From Bacilli bacterium (GTDB taxonomy: Bacteria; Bacillota_I; Bacilli_A; RFN20; CAG-826), in NCBI GenBank assembly GCA_036657515.1, contig JAVXGI010000002.1, positions 45,652 to 109,651 of the forward strand: a stretch of 64,000 nt of DNA. Direction: 5' to 3'. Within the stretch, counting starts at the first letter, position 1; each line of letters starts with the position of its first letter. The position numbers and the translations under genes were made by a program. Under the pieces are notes generated by a model that made no database searches, was not told where the DNA came from, and saw only the letters and a program-made list of their open reading frames with translations. This document shows, piece after piece, positions 38,364-47,218 of this stretch.

Positions 38364-40926
38364 GAAGAAAGAAATCGAAAAAAACGTCATAGTTGAAAAT
38401 ATAATTTCATCTCCATTAGATGATTTAATGGGAAATTGTTATTCAATATATGCTAAAGACGTTATTCAAAATAGAGCAATACCTGACGTTAGAGACGGAT
38501 TAAAACCTGTTCAAAGACGCATCATTTTTTCTATGTACAAAAACTCAATGTTTTTTGATAAACCAACTAAAAAATGCGCACGCATTGTTGGTGACGTTAT
38601 TGGTAAATACCATCCTCACGGTGATTCATCAATTTATGAAGCACTTGCTAGGATGTCCCAAGACTGGAAAATAAATATGCCATTAATCCATTTCCAAGGA
38701 AATAATGGTTCAATTGATGGTGATGGACCTGCTGCTTATCGTTATACAGAAGCAAAATTGTCGCTTCTTGCAGAAGAATTAGTTAAAGATATCGAAAAAA
38801 ACACAGTTGATATGAATCTTAACTTTGATGATACAGAATTAGAACCAGCAGTTCTACCAAGTTTTTTTCCAAATCTTTATGTAAATGGAGCGAATGGAAT
38901 TGCTGTTGCTTTAGCAACTGAAATTCCACCACATAATCTTGTTGAAATAGATGATGCAATTATTTATACAATCACCCACAAAAACGTAACTATCGATGAT
39001 TTATTACAATTTGTCAAGGGACCAGATTTTCCAACAGGAGGAGTAATCTATAATTCTAGTGGAATAAGAGATATCTACGCAACTGGTAGAGGAAGAATAG
39101 AAATTGCAGCAAAAGTCGAACTTACAGAAGACAAAATAGCTAAATACATTGTTATTACCGAAATACCATATCAATTAAATAAAAAAGATTTAGTTAGTGA
39201 AATTGAAAAAGTAAAAATGAACCATGAAGTTGATGGCATTCTTGAAGTACGTGATGAAACAGAAATGCACGGTGTAAGAATAGTTGTTGATATCAAACCT
39301 GAATGTGATTCTAAATTAATTCTTCAATATTTATTAAACAAAACACCATTAAAATCATTTTATAGTGCAAATATCGTAGCAATATGTGATGGAAGGCCAC
39401 GTACTTTGGATTTACTTTCATATATTCATTATTACATCGATTTTCAAAAAGAAATTATTACTAGACGTTCTCAATTCATATTAGATAAAGATGAAGCAAG
39501 ACTTCATATTGTTGAAGGTCTTTACAAAGCTACCCTAATTGTTGATAAAATTGTTCAAGTAATTAAACAATCGTTAAATAAAGCCGACGCCAAAATTCAT
39601 TTACAAGAAAATTTTGGCTTCTCTGAAATACAATCAGAAGCAATTGTTAATTTACAATTATATAAATTAACAAATACTGATGTCGACTTGTTCTTACAAG
39701 AAATGAATGCTCTAAAGGCAGAAATTATTGAATTAAAACTCATTTTAACTAATGAAAAGAAACTAGATGAAGCTATTGTTAATGATTTAAAATATATTTC
39801 TAAGAAATACGGTATCGCAAGAAGAACAGAAATAATAGAAAAAGAAGACGAAATTCAAATTAATGCAAGAGATCTAATTCTTAATGAGCCAGTGATGTTG
39901 GCGATTACAAGAGATGGTTATGCAAAATGTTCTTCTATTAAATCTTACAAATCTTCAAACAGTGTTCTTCCTGGAATTAAACCTAAAGACTGCCTTGTTT
40001 GTGCAGATTTGGTTGATACAATAGATTTTGTTCTAGCATTTACTAGTAAAGGAAACTATTTATTTATCCCAGTTCATGAAGTCCAAGATGGAAAGTGGAA
40101 AGATGAAGGAAAGCATATAAATTATCTTATTAATCTTCCTTTTGATGAAAAAATAATAAAATGCTTCATAATAAAAGACTTTAATATTCCAGCATTCGTT
40201 GTTTCCGTAACTAAAAAAGGTCAAATAAAGAGAACTCAATTAAAAGATTTCTATGCTTTACGTTATAGTAAACCTGTTTGTATGATGAAAATGGTTAAAA
40301 ACGATGAATTAGCAGATGTTGTTGTTACTTCTGGAAATGATAATATTCTCGTAATAAATTCTATCGGAAATTCAACATTCTTTAATGAAAACCAGTTGTC
40401 GGTACTTGCTAACAAGACGGCTGGCGTTAAATCAATGAATAATTTGAAAGATTCCTACGTTGTTTCATTACTTAACTTCAAGCAAGATGAAAAAGGCAAA
40501 ATCTTATTGCTTACCGATAAAGGTCATACAAGAATCTTTGATTGCAACAACCTTGTATTAACACAACGTTTAGGAAAATCAGTGGAAATATATAAATCAT
40601 TTAAATCCGATTTACATCAAACTATATATTCGACTAAATTAAATAAAGCTGTTTCTAGTATTCATTTATTTACGCTCGACACAAATCTTGTGATGCATGA
40701 ATTTGATATTAATGATTTCTATGTGAGTCCAACAAAAAATGCAAAAGATAATCTCGGAACAAACAACGAATACGTTTTATCTTTAATATTTAATACCGAT
40801 GTGAAGCACATAGACAGCAATTTCGAAACTTTTGAAATAGAAAAAGAACAAGATAAAGAAGAAAAAGAAACCGAAGAAAACGATCCGTATCAGCAAATTT
40901 CAATTTTTGATGATTTAGGTGACTAG
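38356..40926 (+). CDS. parC: DNA topoisomerase IV subunit A
   Basis: DGLKPVQRRI, HPHGD, AAYRYTEAKL (catalytic Tyr). I found no QRRGGKG GyrA box in the C-terminal domain. Confidence 0.85.
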   Translation: MAKKKEIEKNVIVENIISSPLDDLMGNCYSIYAKDVIQNRAIPDVRDGLKPVQRRIIFSMYKNSMFFDKPTKKCARIVGDVIGKYHPHGDSSIYEALARMSQDWKINMPLIHFQGNNGSIDGDGPAAYRYTEAKLSLLAEELVKDIEKNTVDMNLNFDDTELEPAVLPSFFPNLYVNGANGIAVALATEIPPHNLVEIDDAIIYTITHKNVTIDDLLQFVKGPDFPTGGVIYNSSGIRDIYATGRGRIEIAAKVELTEDKIAKYIVITEIPYQLNKKDLVSEIEKVKMNHEVDGILEVRDETEMHGVRIVVDIKPECDSKLILQYLLNKTPLKSFYSANIVAICDGRPRTLDLLSYIHYYIDFQKEIITRRSQFILDKDEARLHIVEGLYKATLIVDKIVQVIKQSLNKADAKIHLQENFGFSEIQSEAIVNLQLYKLTNTDVDLFLQEMNALKAEIIELKLILTNEKKLDEAIVNDLKYISKKYGIARRTEIIEKEDEIQINARDLILNEPVMLAITRDGYAKCSSIKSYKSSNSVLPGIKPKDCLVCADLVDTIDFVLAFTSKGNYLFIPVHEVQDGKWKDEGKHINYLINLPFDEKIIKCFIIKDFNIPAFVVSVTKKGQIKRTQLKDFYALRYSKPVCMMKMVKNDELADVVVTSGNDNILVINSIGNSTFFNENQLSVLANKTAGVKSMNNLKDSYVVSLLNFKQDEKGKILLLTDKGHTRIFDCNNLVLTQRLGKSVEIYKSFKSDLHQTIYSTKLNKAVSSIHLFTLDTNLVMHEFDINDFYVSPTKNAKDNLGTNNEYVLSLIFNTDVKHIDSNFETFEIEKEQDKEEKETEENDPYQQISIFDDLGD

Positions 40927-40977
40927 TTGTTTTTTATAAGTAAAAGTATATAATTGTAAAGTATTTGGAGGAAAAAT

Positions 40978-41427
40978 ATGTCAAATATACACAATAATCA
41001 AATATTTGTTATCGGTTGCAGCAATTTAGGCTCTGCAATTGCAACAAAATTATCTGATCGCGGATTTGAAGTATCTATCATCGATATAAAGGCAAAAGCA
41101 TTTGATAAATTACCCGATTCATTTAGCGGCTATATGATTGAAGCTGATGCAACCGATATTCAAACATTAGAATTTAATAATATAGAGAATTCGAAACTTG
41201 TTGTTATTGCAACAAATAATGATAACATCAACATTTATCTTTCACATTTACTTGTTACCAAGTTTAATGTTCTTAAAATAATTGTTAGATTAAATGATCA
41301 AAATAAAAAAATCTTGCTTGATGATATAAAAAATTGTTATCCAATTTTTCCATTTTCACTATGTCTTGATTATTTTGACGATCTTTTTGCAGAAAAGATC
41401 GATACTAATGATGCGGAGGAAGAATAA
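40978..41427 (+). CDS. RCK/TrkA-N domain protein (short)
   Basis: Rossmann-like IFVIGCSNLGSAIA..EVSIID. 149 aa. First gene of a K+ uptake cluster. Confidence 0.7.
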   Translation: MSNIHNNQIFVIGCSNLGSAIATKLSDRGFEVSIIDIKAKAFDKLPDSFSGYMIEADATDIQTLEFNNIENSKLVVIATNNDNINIYLSHLLVTKFNVLKIIVRLNDQNKKILLDDIKNCYPIFPFSLCLDYFDDLFAEKIDTNDAEEE

Positions 41428-42090
41428 ATGAGAGCAGTTATCGCTGGCGGAACACATGAAGCCGATTATATCGTTTCATTGTTTAAAAAGAACGGATACG
41501 ACATTATTGTAATTAATAATGATCCGATTTGGGCTAAATATATATCAAAAAAGAATTCTATTGATGTTTTTCAGGGAGACCAAACAAAGCTATTTGTTTT
41601 GGAAGAAGCTGAAATTCATGACGCTGACGTTTTTTTGGCATTAAGCAGTAATGATATTGACAATTATGTCGCATGTATTATGGCAAAACACGTTTTCAAA
41701 GTAACTAAAGTCGTCTGTACTGTTGTTAACCCAAAAAACGTTGAACTTTTTAGAGAATTAGGCATTGAAGGAGTTGTTTCATCAACTTATTTACTTGCTA
41801 ATAAAGTTTTTATTGAATCATCGATTGATGAAATGCAAAAAGTTCTTTCAATTGAAAATGATAAGATAGTTATTAGTGAAATAGAAGTAGCTCCAAACAC
41901 AAGACTAGATCAAGAATATCTAAAAAATATTAAATTTCCTGTTGATGCAACGATTTCGTGCATCTATAGAGATCCAGATGTAATTATTCCATTTGGTGGC
42001 ACTTTAATAAAAAGCGGAGATAAAATTGTTGTTGTTACAATAAAAGAAAACTTGGATAAAGTTACTGATTTTATTAACACAGATAAATAA
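41428..42090 (+). CDS. KtrA/TrkA-like RCK regulatory subunit (N plus C lobes)
   Basis: 220 aa, the size and layout of KtrA. The glycine motif is degenerate (IAGGTHEA). Confidence 0.7.
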   Translation: MRAVIAGGTHEADYIVSLFKKNGYDIIVINNDPIWAKYISKKNSIDVFQGDQTKLFVLEEAEIHDADVFLALSSNDIDNYVACIMAKHVFKVTKVVCTVVNPKNVELFRELGIEGVVSSTYLLANKVFIESSIDEMQKVLSIENDKIVISEIEVAPNTRLDQEYLKNIKFPVDATISCIYRDPDVIIPFGGTLIKSGDKIVVVTIKENLDKVTDFINTDK

Positions 42091-42093
42091 GAT

Positions 42094-43629
42094 ATGGATG
42101 AAATAAAAGACAAACCTGTTGTTGGTTTTAAACTTGTAATTGGATATTTAGGAATTTTGTTGATGATTTTAGGAGTAATCATCCTTTTGCCGATGCTTAC
42201 TTTTTTAGCCTACCCTGAAGAAGCTGCTGAAAACTGGTATGCTTTCTTTGGACCTGGAATGGGATTTATTATAATTGGTTTCTTATTATTTCTTTTTATA
42301 TGTAAAAAAGAAAAAGGACGCTTAGCTAAATACGAAGATACTATATTAGTTTTATTAACATGGTCATTTATTTATTTAGGTGGCGCTATTCCATTATTAT
42401 TTTTAAAAGAATTTAATTTTGACTATACAAAAGCTCTATTTGAAGCAACTAGCGGATTTACAACTACTGGATTTAGCGCCATTGCTAATTATGAAGCTGT
42501 TCCAAAAGTTTTCTTTATTTATAGAAGTTTAACTCATTTTGTTGGTGGTGTTGGTCTAGTTTTAATTTTAACAAGCGCAATTAGTGACAGACATAACATG
42601 AGACTTTATACAGCCGACGGACATAATGATAAATTACTTCCAAATATTGTTAAATCTGCTCGTATTATATTTAGTATTTATATTTCGTATATTCTAGTTG
42701 GTTCATTGTGTCTTTTTGCCGTTGGATATAACGATGGACTTTCATACTTTGAAGCTTTTAACTACTCAATTTCTTGTGTTTCGACAGGTGGTTTAGGTTT
42801 AACTGCTGATTCGATTGGTACTTATAACAATGTAGGCATCGAAATTATTACTTCATTATTAATGCTTTTAGGTGCAACTTCGTTCCTTGTTAATTTGTAT
42901 TTAATCAAAGGAAAATATAAAAAAGTTTTTCTACATAGCGAAACTAAAATGATGATCGCGTTTTTAGTAATACTTATTCCACTTTCAACATTGCTTGTTG
43001 CAAACTATAATTATTTTCAAAATCCGACAGTTTCTTATAGCGATATATTCAGAGTGACGGCTTATACGATGGTTTCAAGCATCACAACTACTGGCGTTTC
43101 CAATGCATCTATTATTGACGCAAGAGGCATATCAACTTTAGGAACGCCATTTTTAGCACTTGTTGGCGTTATTGTCGCGATTGGTACCGAAGCAGGATCA
43201 ACTGGTGGTGGTATTAAAATGAATAGAACGATTTGCGTTATAAAAGGCATATGGTTTGCATTTGTTGATGGATTAGCTAATAAAAGAAGAGTTAAAACAC
43301 ATTATATTTATAAATATGATCAAAAAGAAGTTTTTGAACACACTTCATTTATTTCAGCTGTTACATTTTCTATGATCTATTTTGCATTAATCTTTATCTT
43401 TGCAATGACTTTTGCCATGATTTCTAAAGCGTCGTTCGGATATTGCACGTTTGATGCTATTCAATCTCTTTCAAATAGTGGACTCTCCATTGGACTTTTA
43501 GGACCTTCTTCAAGCGGAGGAATGATGATAACATCGACTATAGCAATGATGCTTGGTAGAGTTGAAATCTTACCTGTTCTAATAATTCCATTATATATTG
43601 TTAAAAAAATACAAAGAAAGGCGTTTTAA
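42094..43629 (+). CDS. TrkH/KtrB-family K+ transporter membrane subunit
   Basis: Polytopic, with repeated selectivity-filter-like TTTGFS, STGGLG, TTTGVS and SNSGLS loops. Confidence 0.85.
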   Translation: MDEIKDKPVVGFKLVIGYLGILLMILGVIILLPMLTFLAYPEEAAENWYAFFGPGMGFIIIGFLLFLFICKKEKGRLAKYEDTILVLLTWSFIYLGGAIPLLFLKEFNFDYTKALFEATSGFTTTGFSAIANYEAVPKVFFIYRSLTHFVGGVGLVLILTSAISDRHNMRLYTADGHNDKLLPNIVKSARIIFSIYISYILVGSLCLFAVGYNDGLSYFEAFNYSISCVSTGGLGLTADSIGTYNNVGIEIITSLLMLLGATSFLVNLYLIKGKYKKVFLHSETKMMIAFLVILIPLSTLLVANYNYFQNPTVSYSDIFRVTAYTMVSSITTTGVSNASIIDARGISTLGTPFLALVGVIVAIGTEAGSTGGGIKMNRTICVIKGIWFAFVDGLANKRRVKTHYIYKYDQKEVFEHTSFISAVTFSMIYFALIFIFAMTFAMISKASFGYCTFDAIQSLSNSGLSIGLLGPSSSGGMMITSTIAMMLGRVEILPVLIIPLYIVKKIQRKAF

Positions 43630-43632
43630 ATT

Positions 43633-44160
43633 ATGTTAAAGAGATTTATTCCAACATTTCACGCAAAAACAATTTATGAAATCGATATAAATTTCTTTTT
43701 AAAGTTAGGAATTAAATTAATTATTTCCGATTTAGACAATACTTTAGATGCTTTTGATACATACGTTCCTAGTGCTGAGGCATTGGAATTTGCTCATAAG
43801 TGTGAAGAAAATAATATCAAATTAGTAATTATTTCAAACAATCACTCTGAACGAGTTTATAATTATGCAAAAGGATTGAATGTTGATTTTATTTCTAATG
43901 CAATGAAACCATTTTCACATAAAGTTTTAAAATACATTAATGCATGCAAAATTAATTTAGAGCATGTTATAATGATAGGTGATCAAACAGTAACAGATAT
44001 TGCTTGTGGCAATTCTGCCAAAGTTATGACCATTTTAACTGATAAGTACGTTGAAAGGGATCAACCAACAACAAAATTTAACAGAATACTCGACAAAAGA
44101 ATCAGAAATCTTCTTGAAAAAAAGAAATTATTAAAGGATTGGAGGAAGTATTATGAGTGA
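43633..44160 (+). CDS. yqeG: YqeG-family HAD phosphatase
   Basis: SDLDNTL (DxDxT), ISNN and GDQ..TDI motifs. First gene of the yqeG-yqeH-yhbY-nadD-yqeK-rsfS cluster. Confidence 0.85.
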   Translation: MLKRFIPTFHAKTIYEIDINFFLKLGIKLIISDLDNTLDAFDTYVPSAEALEFAHKCEENNIKLVIISNNHSERVYNYAKGLNVDFISNAMKPFSHKVLKYINACKINLEHVIMIGDQTVTDIACGNSAKVMTILTDKYVERDQPTTKFNRILDKRIRNLLEKKKLLKDWRKYYE

Positions 44161-45301
44161 AATTAAAAGGGTGCTTAGATGCTATAAATGTGGCGTTATT
44201 TTGCAAGACACTGATGCAAGCAAACCAGGTTATATTATTTCAGAAGTATATAACAACCACAAATCAGAAATTCTTTTGTGCAATAATTGCTTCGAAAAGG
44301 TAGTTTTCAACAAAGCTCCTAAAAGACTTGAACTTGATGAAGGATTTTACACGATTTTAAATGATGCTCGTGCAAGCGATGCCTTAATAGTTTTGGTATT
44401 AGATCTATTTTCATTTGAAGGATTAACAACCGAAAGATTTGCAGCCGCTATTGAAGGATGCAATGTTTTAGTTGTTGGTAATAAAAGAGATTTATTACCA
44501 AACGATATCGATGACGAATTATTAAAAACATATGTTGCACACAGATTAAGAGTGGCAAATATAAATGTTAAGGATATTATTCTTACAAGTTCTAAACAAG
44601 GTTATAATATGGACGAATTTATTCAAAAAGTCCATGAATTAAGACAAAGACATGATGTTTACATAACAGGATTTTCAAATTCTGGTAAAACCTCACTCTC
44701 TAATGCTTTTTTAAGATCTTATTCGAATAATACTACAAGATTTATAACAACTGTAAATTATCAGGGCACCGATTTAAAAGTTGTTGAAATTCCATTAGAT
44801 AGAACTTCAACTCTTTATGATTTACCTGGATTTTTAGCTAATACTTCTGCATTATTTGCTTTAGTTGAAAAAAGTCTTCTTACAACTATCCTTCCATCTA
44901 CAACTGTAGAAGGAAAAGAATTGATAATGGGAAAGCAAAGTTCAATTGCATTAGGTGGATTAGCACGCTTTGACTTAATTAAAGGAGAAAAAACATCTGT
45001 TAAAGTATTTATTTCTCAAAAAATTGAAATTAAGCCATTCAAATTAACCGAAGAAATTGATGGTGTCTTTTATAACTATATTAATAAAAAATATTTCAAG
45101 CCTGTTTCTAAAATGCTTGATGGTCCTGAAAAATTTGATATTTACGATGTTGTAATAACAGAAGCAGGACAAAGAGATATTGGTATTTTGGGTTTAGGTT
45201 GGATATCATTTATTGGTAATAACCAAACTTTTAGAGTCACCGTTCCAAAAGGAGTGTTCTTATACACAACGAGAGCAAAAATAAATTATGTTAAAAAGTA
45301 A
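44153..45301 (+). CDS. yqeH: Ribosome biogenesis GTPase YqeH (circularly permuted)
   Basis: N-terminal zinc finger CYKCGV..CNNCF. Permuted G motifs NKRDL..(G4) then GFSNSGKTS (G1). Confidence 0.88.
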   Translation: MSEIKRVLRCYKCGVILQDTDASKPGYIISEVYNNHKSEILLCNNCFEKVVFNKAPKRLELDEGFYTILNDARASDALIVLVLDLFSFEGLTTERFAAAIEGCNVLVVGNKRDLLPNDIDDELLKTYVAHRLRVANINVKDIILTSSKQGYNMDEFIQKVHELRQRHDVYITGFSNSGKTSLSNAFLRSYSNNTTRFITTVNYQGTDLKVVEIPLDRTSTLYDLPGFLANTSALFALVEKSLLTTILPSTTVEGKELIMGKQSSIALGGLARFDLIKGEKTSVKVFISQKIEIKPFKLTEEIDGVFYNYINKKYFKPVSKMLDGPEKFDIYDVVITEAGQRDIGILGLGWISFIGNNQTFRVTVPKGVFLYTTRAKINYVKK

Positions 45302-45584
45302 AGAAGTAGCAGATTTAAAATATATTTCACATAGCGAACCAATAATTAAATATACAATTGGCAAAGACTATTTAAAAGATTCGACAGTTGATATGCTTGT
45401 AAAAGCCCTTGAAGCCCATGAGCTTATAAAAATACATGCATTAAAAAGTATCGAAGCAACAGCAAAAGAGATCGCAGAACAACTTAAAAACAACCTTAAC
45501 TGCGAAATAGTACAAGTTATTGGTCGTGTAATAACAATTTTTAAAGTTAGTCAAAAAAAGAAAGGTATAAGTAAGCGCATATGA
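45288..45584 (+). CDS. yhbY: CRM-domain RNA-binding protein YhbY/YqeI
   Basis: 98 aa, ..HELIKI.. and GR.ITIFK pattern, plus synteny. Confidence 0.8.
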   Translation: MLKSKEVADLKYISHSEPIIKYTIGKDYLKDSTVDMLVKALEAHELIKIHALKSIEATAKEIAEQLKNNLNCEIVQVIGRVITIFKVSQKKKGISKRI

Positions 45585-46732
45585 AAATATTATTATTTCC
45601 AGGAAGTTTTGATCCATTTCACTCAGGACATATTAATGTTATTCAAGCAGCAAATAAACAATTTAATTTTGATAAATTATTTTTAATACTTTCTAAAAAT
45701 TCTGTAAATAAAAAAGCAATTGCTACTGTCGAACAAAGACTTGATATGTTAAACCTTGGTTTACCATATTGCAAATGTGATATAGAAATAAATGATTACG
45801 AGTTTACTAAATCAAAAAGCGGATATACTATAGAAACAATTAGATACTTTAAAGAAATTTTTCCGAATGATGATTTATATTTGCTAATAGGATTGGATCA
45901 AGTTAATGTGTTTAATGCATGGAAAGAAGCAAAAGAGATAGAAGACCTAGTAAATATAATTTATTATGATAGACCTGGATATTGTGAAACAAGTCCGAAT
46001 ATTGTCAAATACAATATGATGAAAGTTAATGGATTCTCACGCGACATCTCAAGTACTGACATCCGTAATCTCAACAAATTAGATGCTCCATTACCAATTT
46101 TGAATTATATTACACTTCATAAGCTTTATTTTGCACGTGATGTTTATAATTTATTAGATTTAAGAAGATATAGACACTCAATGAGCGTAGCAAATCTCTG
46201 CTATGAAATCGCAGAAGCAAATGGATATGATAAATTAAAAGCAAAAGCATTTATGGTGGGATTACTTCATGATATAGGAAAATATGCTGATATCACTGAA
46301 TTAAATACAATTATGCACGAATATTTTAGTGAATTTATTGATTTGCCAGTATATGCGTATCATCAATTCGTTGGAAGCTACTATGCCGCAACTCAATTCA
46401 ACATTTTAGATTCTGATATCATAAATGCAATTAAATATCATTGTACTGGTAGAAATGGAATGTCTGTTCTTGAAAAAATAGTTTATGTAGCAGATAAAAT
46501 CGATCCATTAAGAGGGTATGATTCCAAATACATGATTGATTTATGTAAAGCAAATATTACAGGTGGTTTTATTTATGTTTTAAGTCAAAATATTGAATTC
46601 AACATGAACAAGCATAAAGAAAAAGACAATTATTCAGATAACAGATTAACGGCAGATTGTGTAGATGACTATTTAAACAATAAACATCACCAAGAAAGGG
46701 AAAAAAATAATGATGCAAGATTTGATTACTAA
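45581..46732 (+). CDS. nadD: Fusion protein: nicotinate-nucleotide adenylyltransferase NadD plus HD-domain YqeK (Ap4A hydrolase family)
   Basis: N-terminus GSFDPFHSGH and ISSTDIRN (NadD). C-terminus RYRHSMSVA..GLLHDIGKY (HD). These are two adjacent genes in Bacillus but one 383-aa ORF here. Confidence 0.88.
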   Translation: MKILLFPGSFDPFHSGHINVIQAANKQFNFDKLFLILSKNSVNKKAIATVEQRLDMLNLGLPYCKCDIEINDYEFTKSKSGYTIETIRYFKEIFPNDDLYLLIGLDQVNVFNAWKEAKEIEDLVNIIYYDRPGYCETSPNIVKYNMMKVNGFSRDISSTDIRNLNKLDAPLPILNYITLHKLYFARDVYNLLDLRRYRHSMSVANLCYEIAEANGYDKLKAKAFMVGLLHDIGKYADITELNTIMHEYFSEFIDLPVYAYHQFVGSYYAATQFNILDSDIINAIKYHCTGRNGMSVLEKIVYVADKIDPLRGYDSKYMIDLCKANITGGFIYVLSQNIEFNMNKHKEKDNYSDNRLTADCVDDYLNNKHHQEREKNNDARFDY

Positions 46733-47021
46733 GCTTATTGAAAAGAAAGCAGAGGATGTAGTATTAATTGATACAACACCACTTACTCCATATTATGATG
46801 AATGTATAATCGCTACTGCATTAAACCAAAGACATATAAAGTCATTAATAGAATTCACTGAAGACTATTTAATTGAAAACGGTTTAAGAGTTAAAGATAT
46901 ACAAGGTACTCCTGATTCTGAATGGATGATTATCGATGCATATGACACAATCATTCATATCCTCACAGATAATGAAAGAACAAGACTATCATTAGATCAA
47001 ATTATTAAAAGAAATAGATAA
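46710..47021 (+). CDS. rsfS: Ribosomal silencing factor RsfS
   Basis: KKAEDVVLIDT, EWMIIDAYDTIIHI, R..L.LD pattern. 103 aa. Confidence 0.9.
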   Translation: MMQDLITKLIEKKAEDVVLIDTTPLTPYYDECIIATALNQRHIKSLIEFTEDYLIENGLRVKDIQGTPDSEWMIIDAYDTIIHILTDNERTRLSLDQIIKRNR

Positions 47022-47036
47022 ATATTTCTTTTTTTA
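47010..47036 (+). terminator. Weak AT-rich hairpin plus T7 at the rsfS stop
   Basis: AGAAATA-gataaa-TATTTCT followed by TTTTTTT. 7-bp stem with one G:C pair. Confidence 0.35.
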
Positions 47037-47046
47037 TTATATGCTA

Positions 47047-47074
47047 ACTTCGCATAATATCTATTATGTAATTA
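47047..47074 (+). other. dif: dif chromosome dimer resolution site (XerC/XerD)
   Basis: ACTTCGCATAA-TATCTA-TTATGTAATTA matches 21/28 of B. subtilis dif (ACTTCCTAGAATATATATTATGTAAACT) and 19/28 of E. coli dif (GGTGCGCATAATGTATATTATGTTAAAT). The inner palindrome CATAA-N6-TTATG is intact. It lies in the intergenic gap where gene orientation flips, and xerD is 1.9 kb away. Confidence 0.8.
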
Positions 47075-47174
47075 TATTATTAAAATTGTCGATGTAAACG
47101 TTATTTTAAAGTAATATTAATAGTCTTACTATTTATCAGTCTAAATATATAGTTAAGTTTCCCACATTATATGA

Positions 47175-47218
47175 TTACTAATTTAATACTAGATAACTAC
47201 TAATTAACTGCTAATCAT
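47175..47218 (+). repeat. 11-bp phased repeat array R3 (TTACTAATTTA ATACTAGATAA CTACTAATTAA CTGCTAATCAT)
   Basis: Read directly, with an exact 11-nt register. The last unit contains the stop codon of the 160-aa orphan (minus strand). It lies 100 bp from dif. Confidence 0.85.

Noticed and set aside
36384-40926. The possibility that the type II topoisomerase pair is gyrB/gyrA.
   Set aside because: The A subunit shows no GyrA-box (QRRGGKG-like) in its C-terminal domain. The pair sits directly after plsY, the conserved plsY-parE-parC arrangement. It is therefore called parE/parC, although a phylogeny would be needed for certainty.
47175-47218. Array R3 as a Bacillus-type RTP Ter site.
   Set aside because: Only the ACTAA core is shared with the Bacillus Ter consensus as I recall it (KMACTAANWNNWCTATGTACYAAATNTTC). 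The CTATGTACYAAAT B-site is absent, and the orphan protein shows no resemblance to RTP. The array on the other side of dif (R4) is not inverted, as a fork trap would require. The idea is kept only as a loose analogy.
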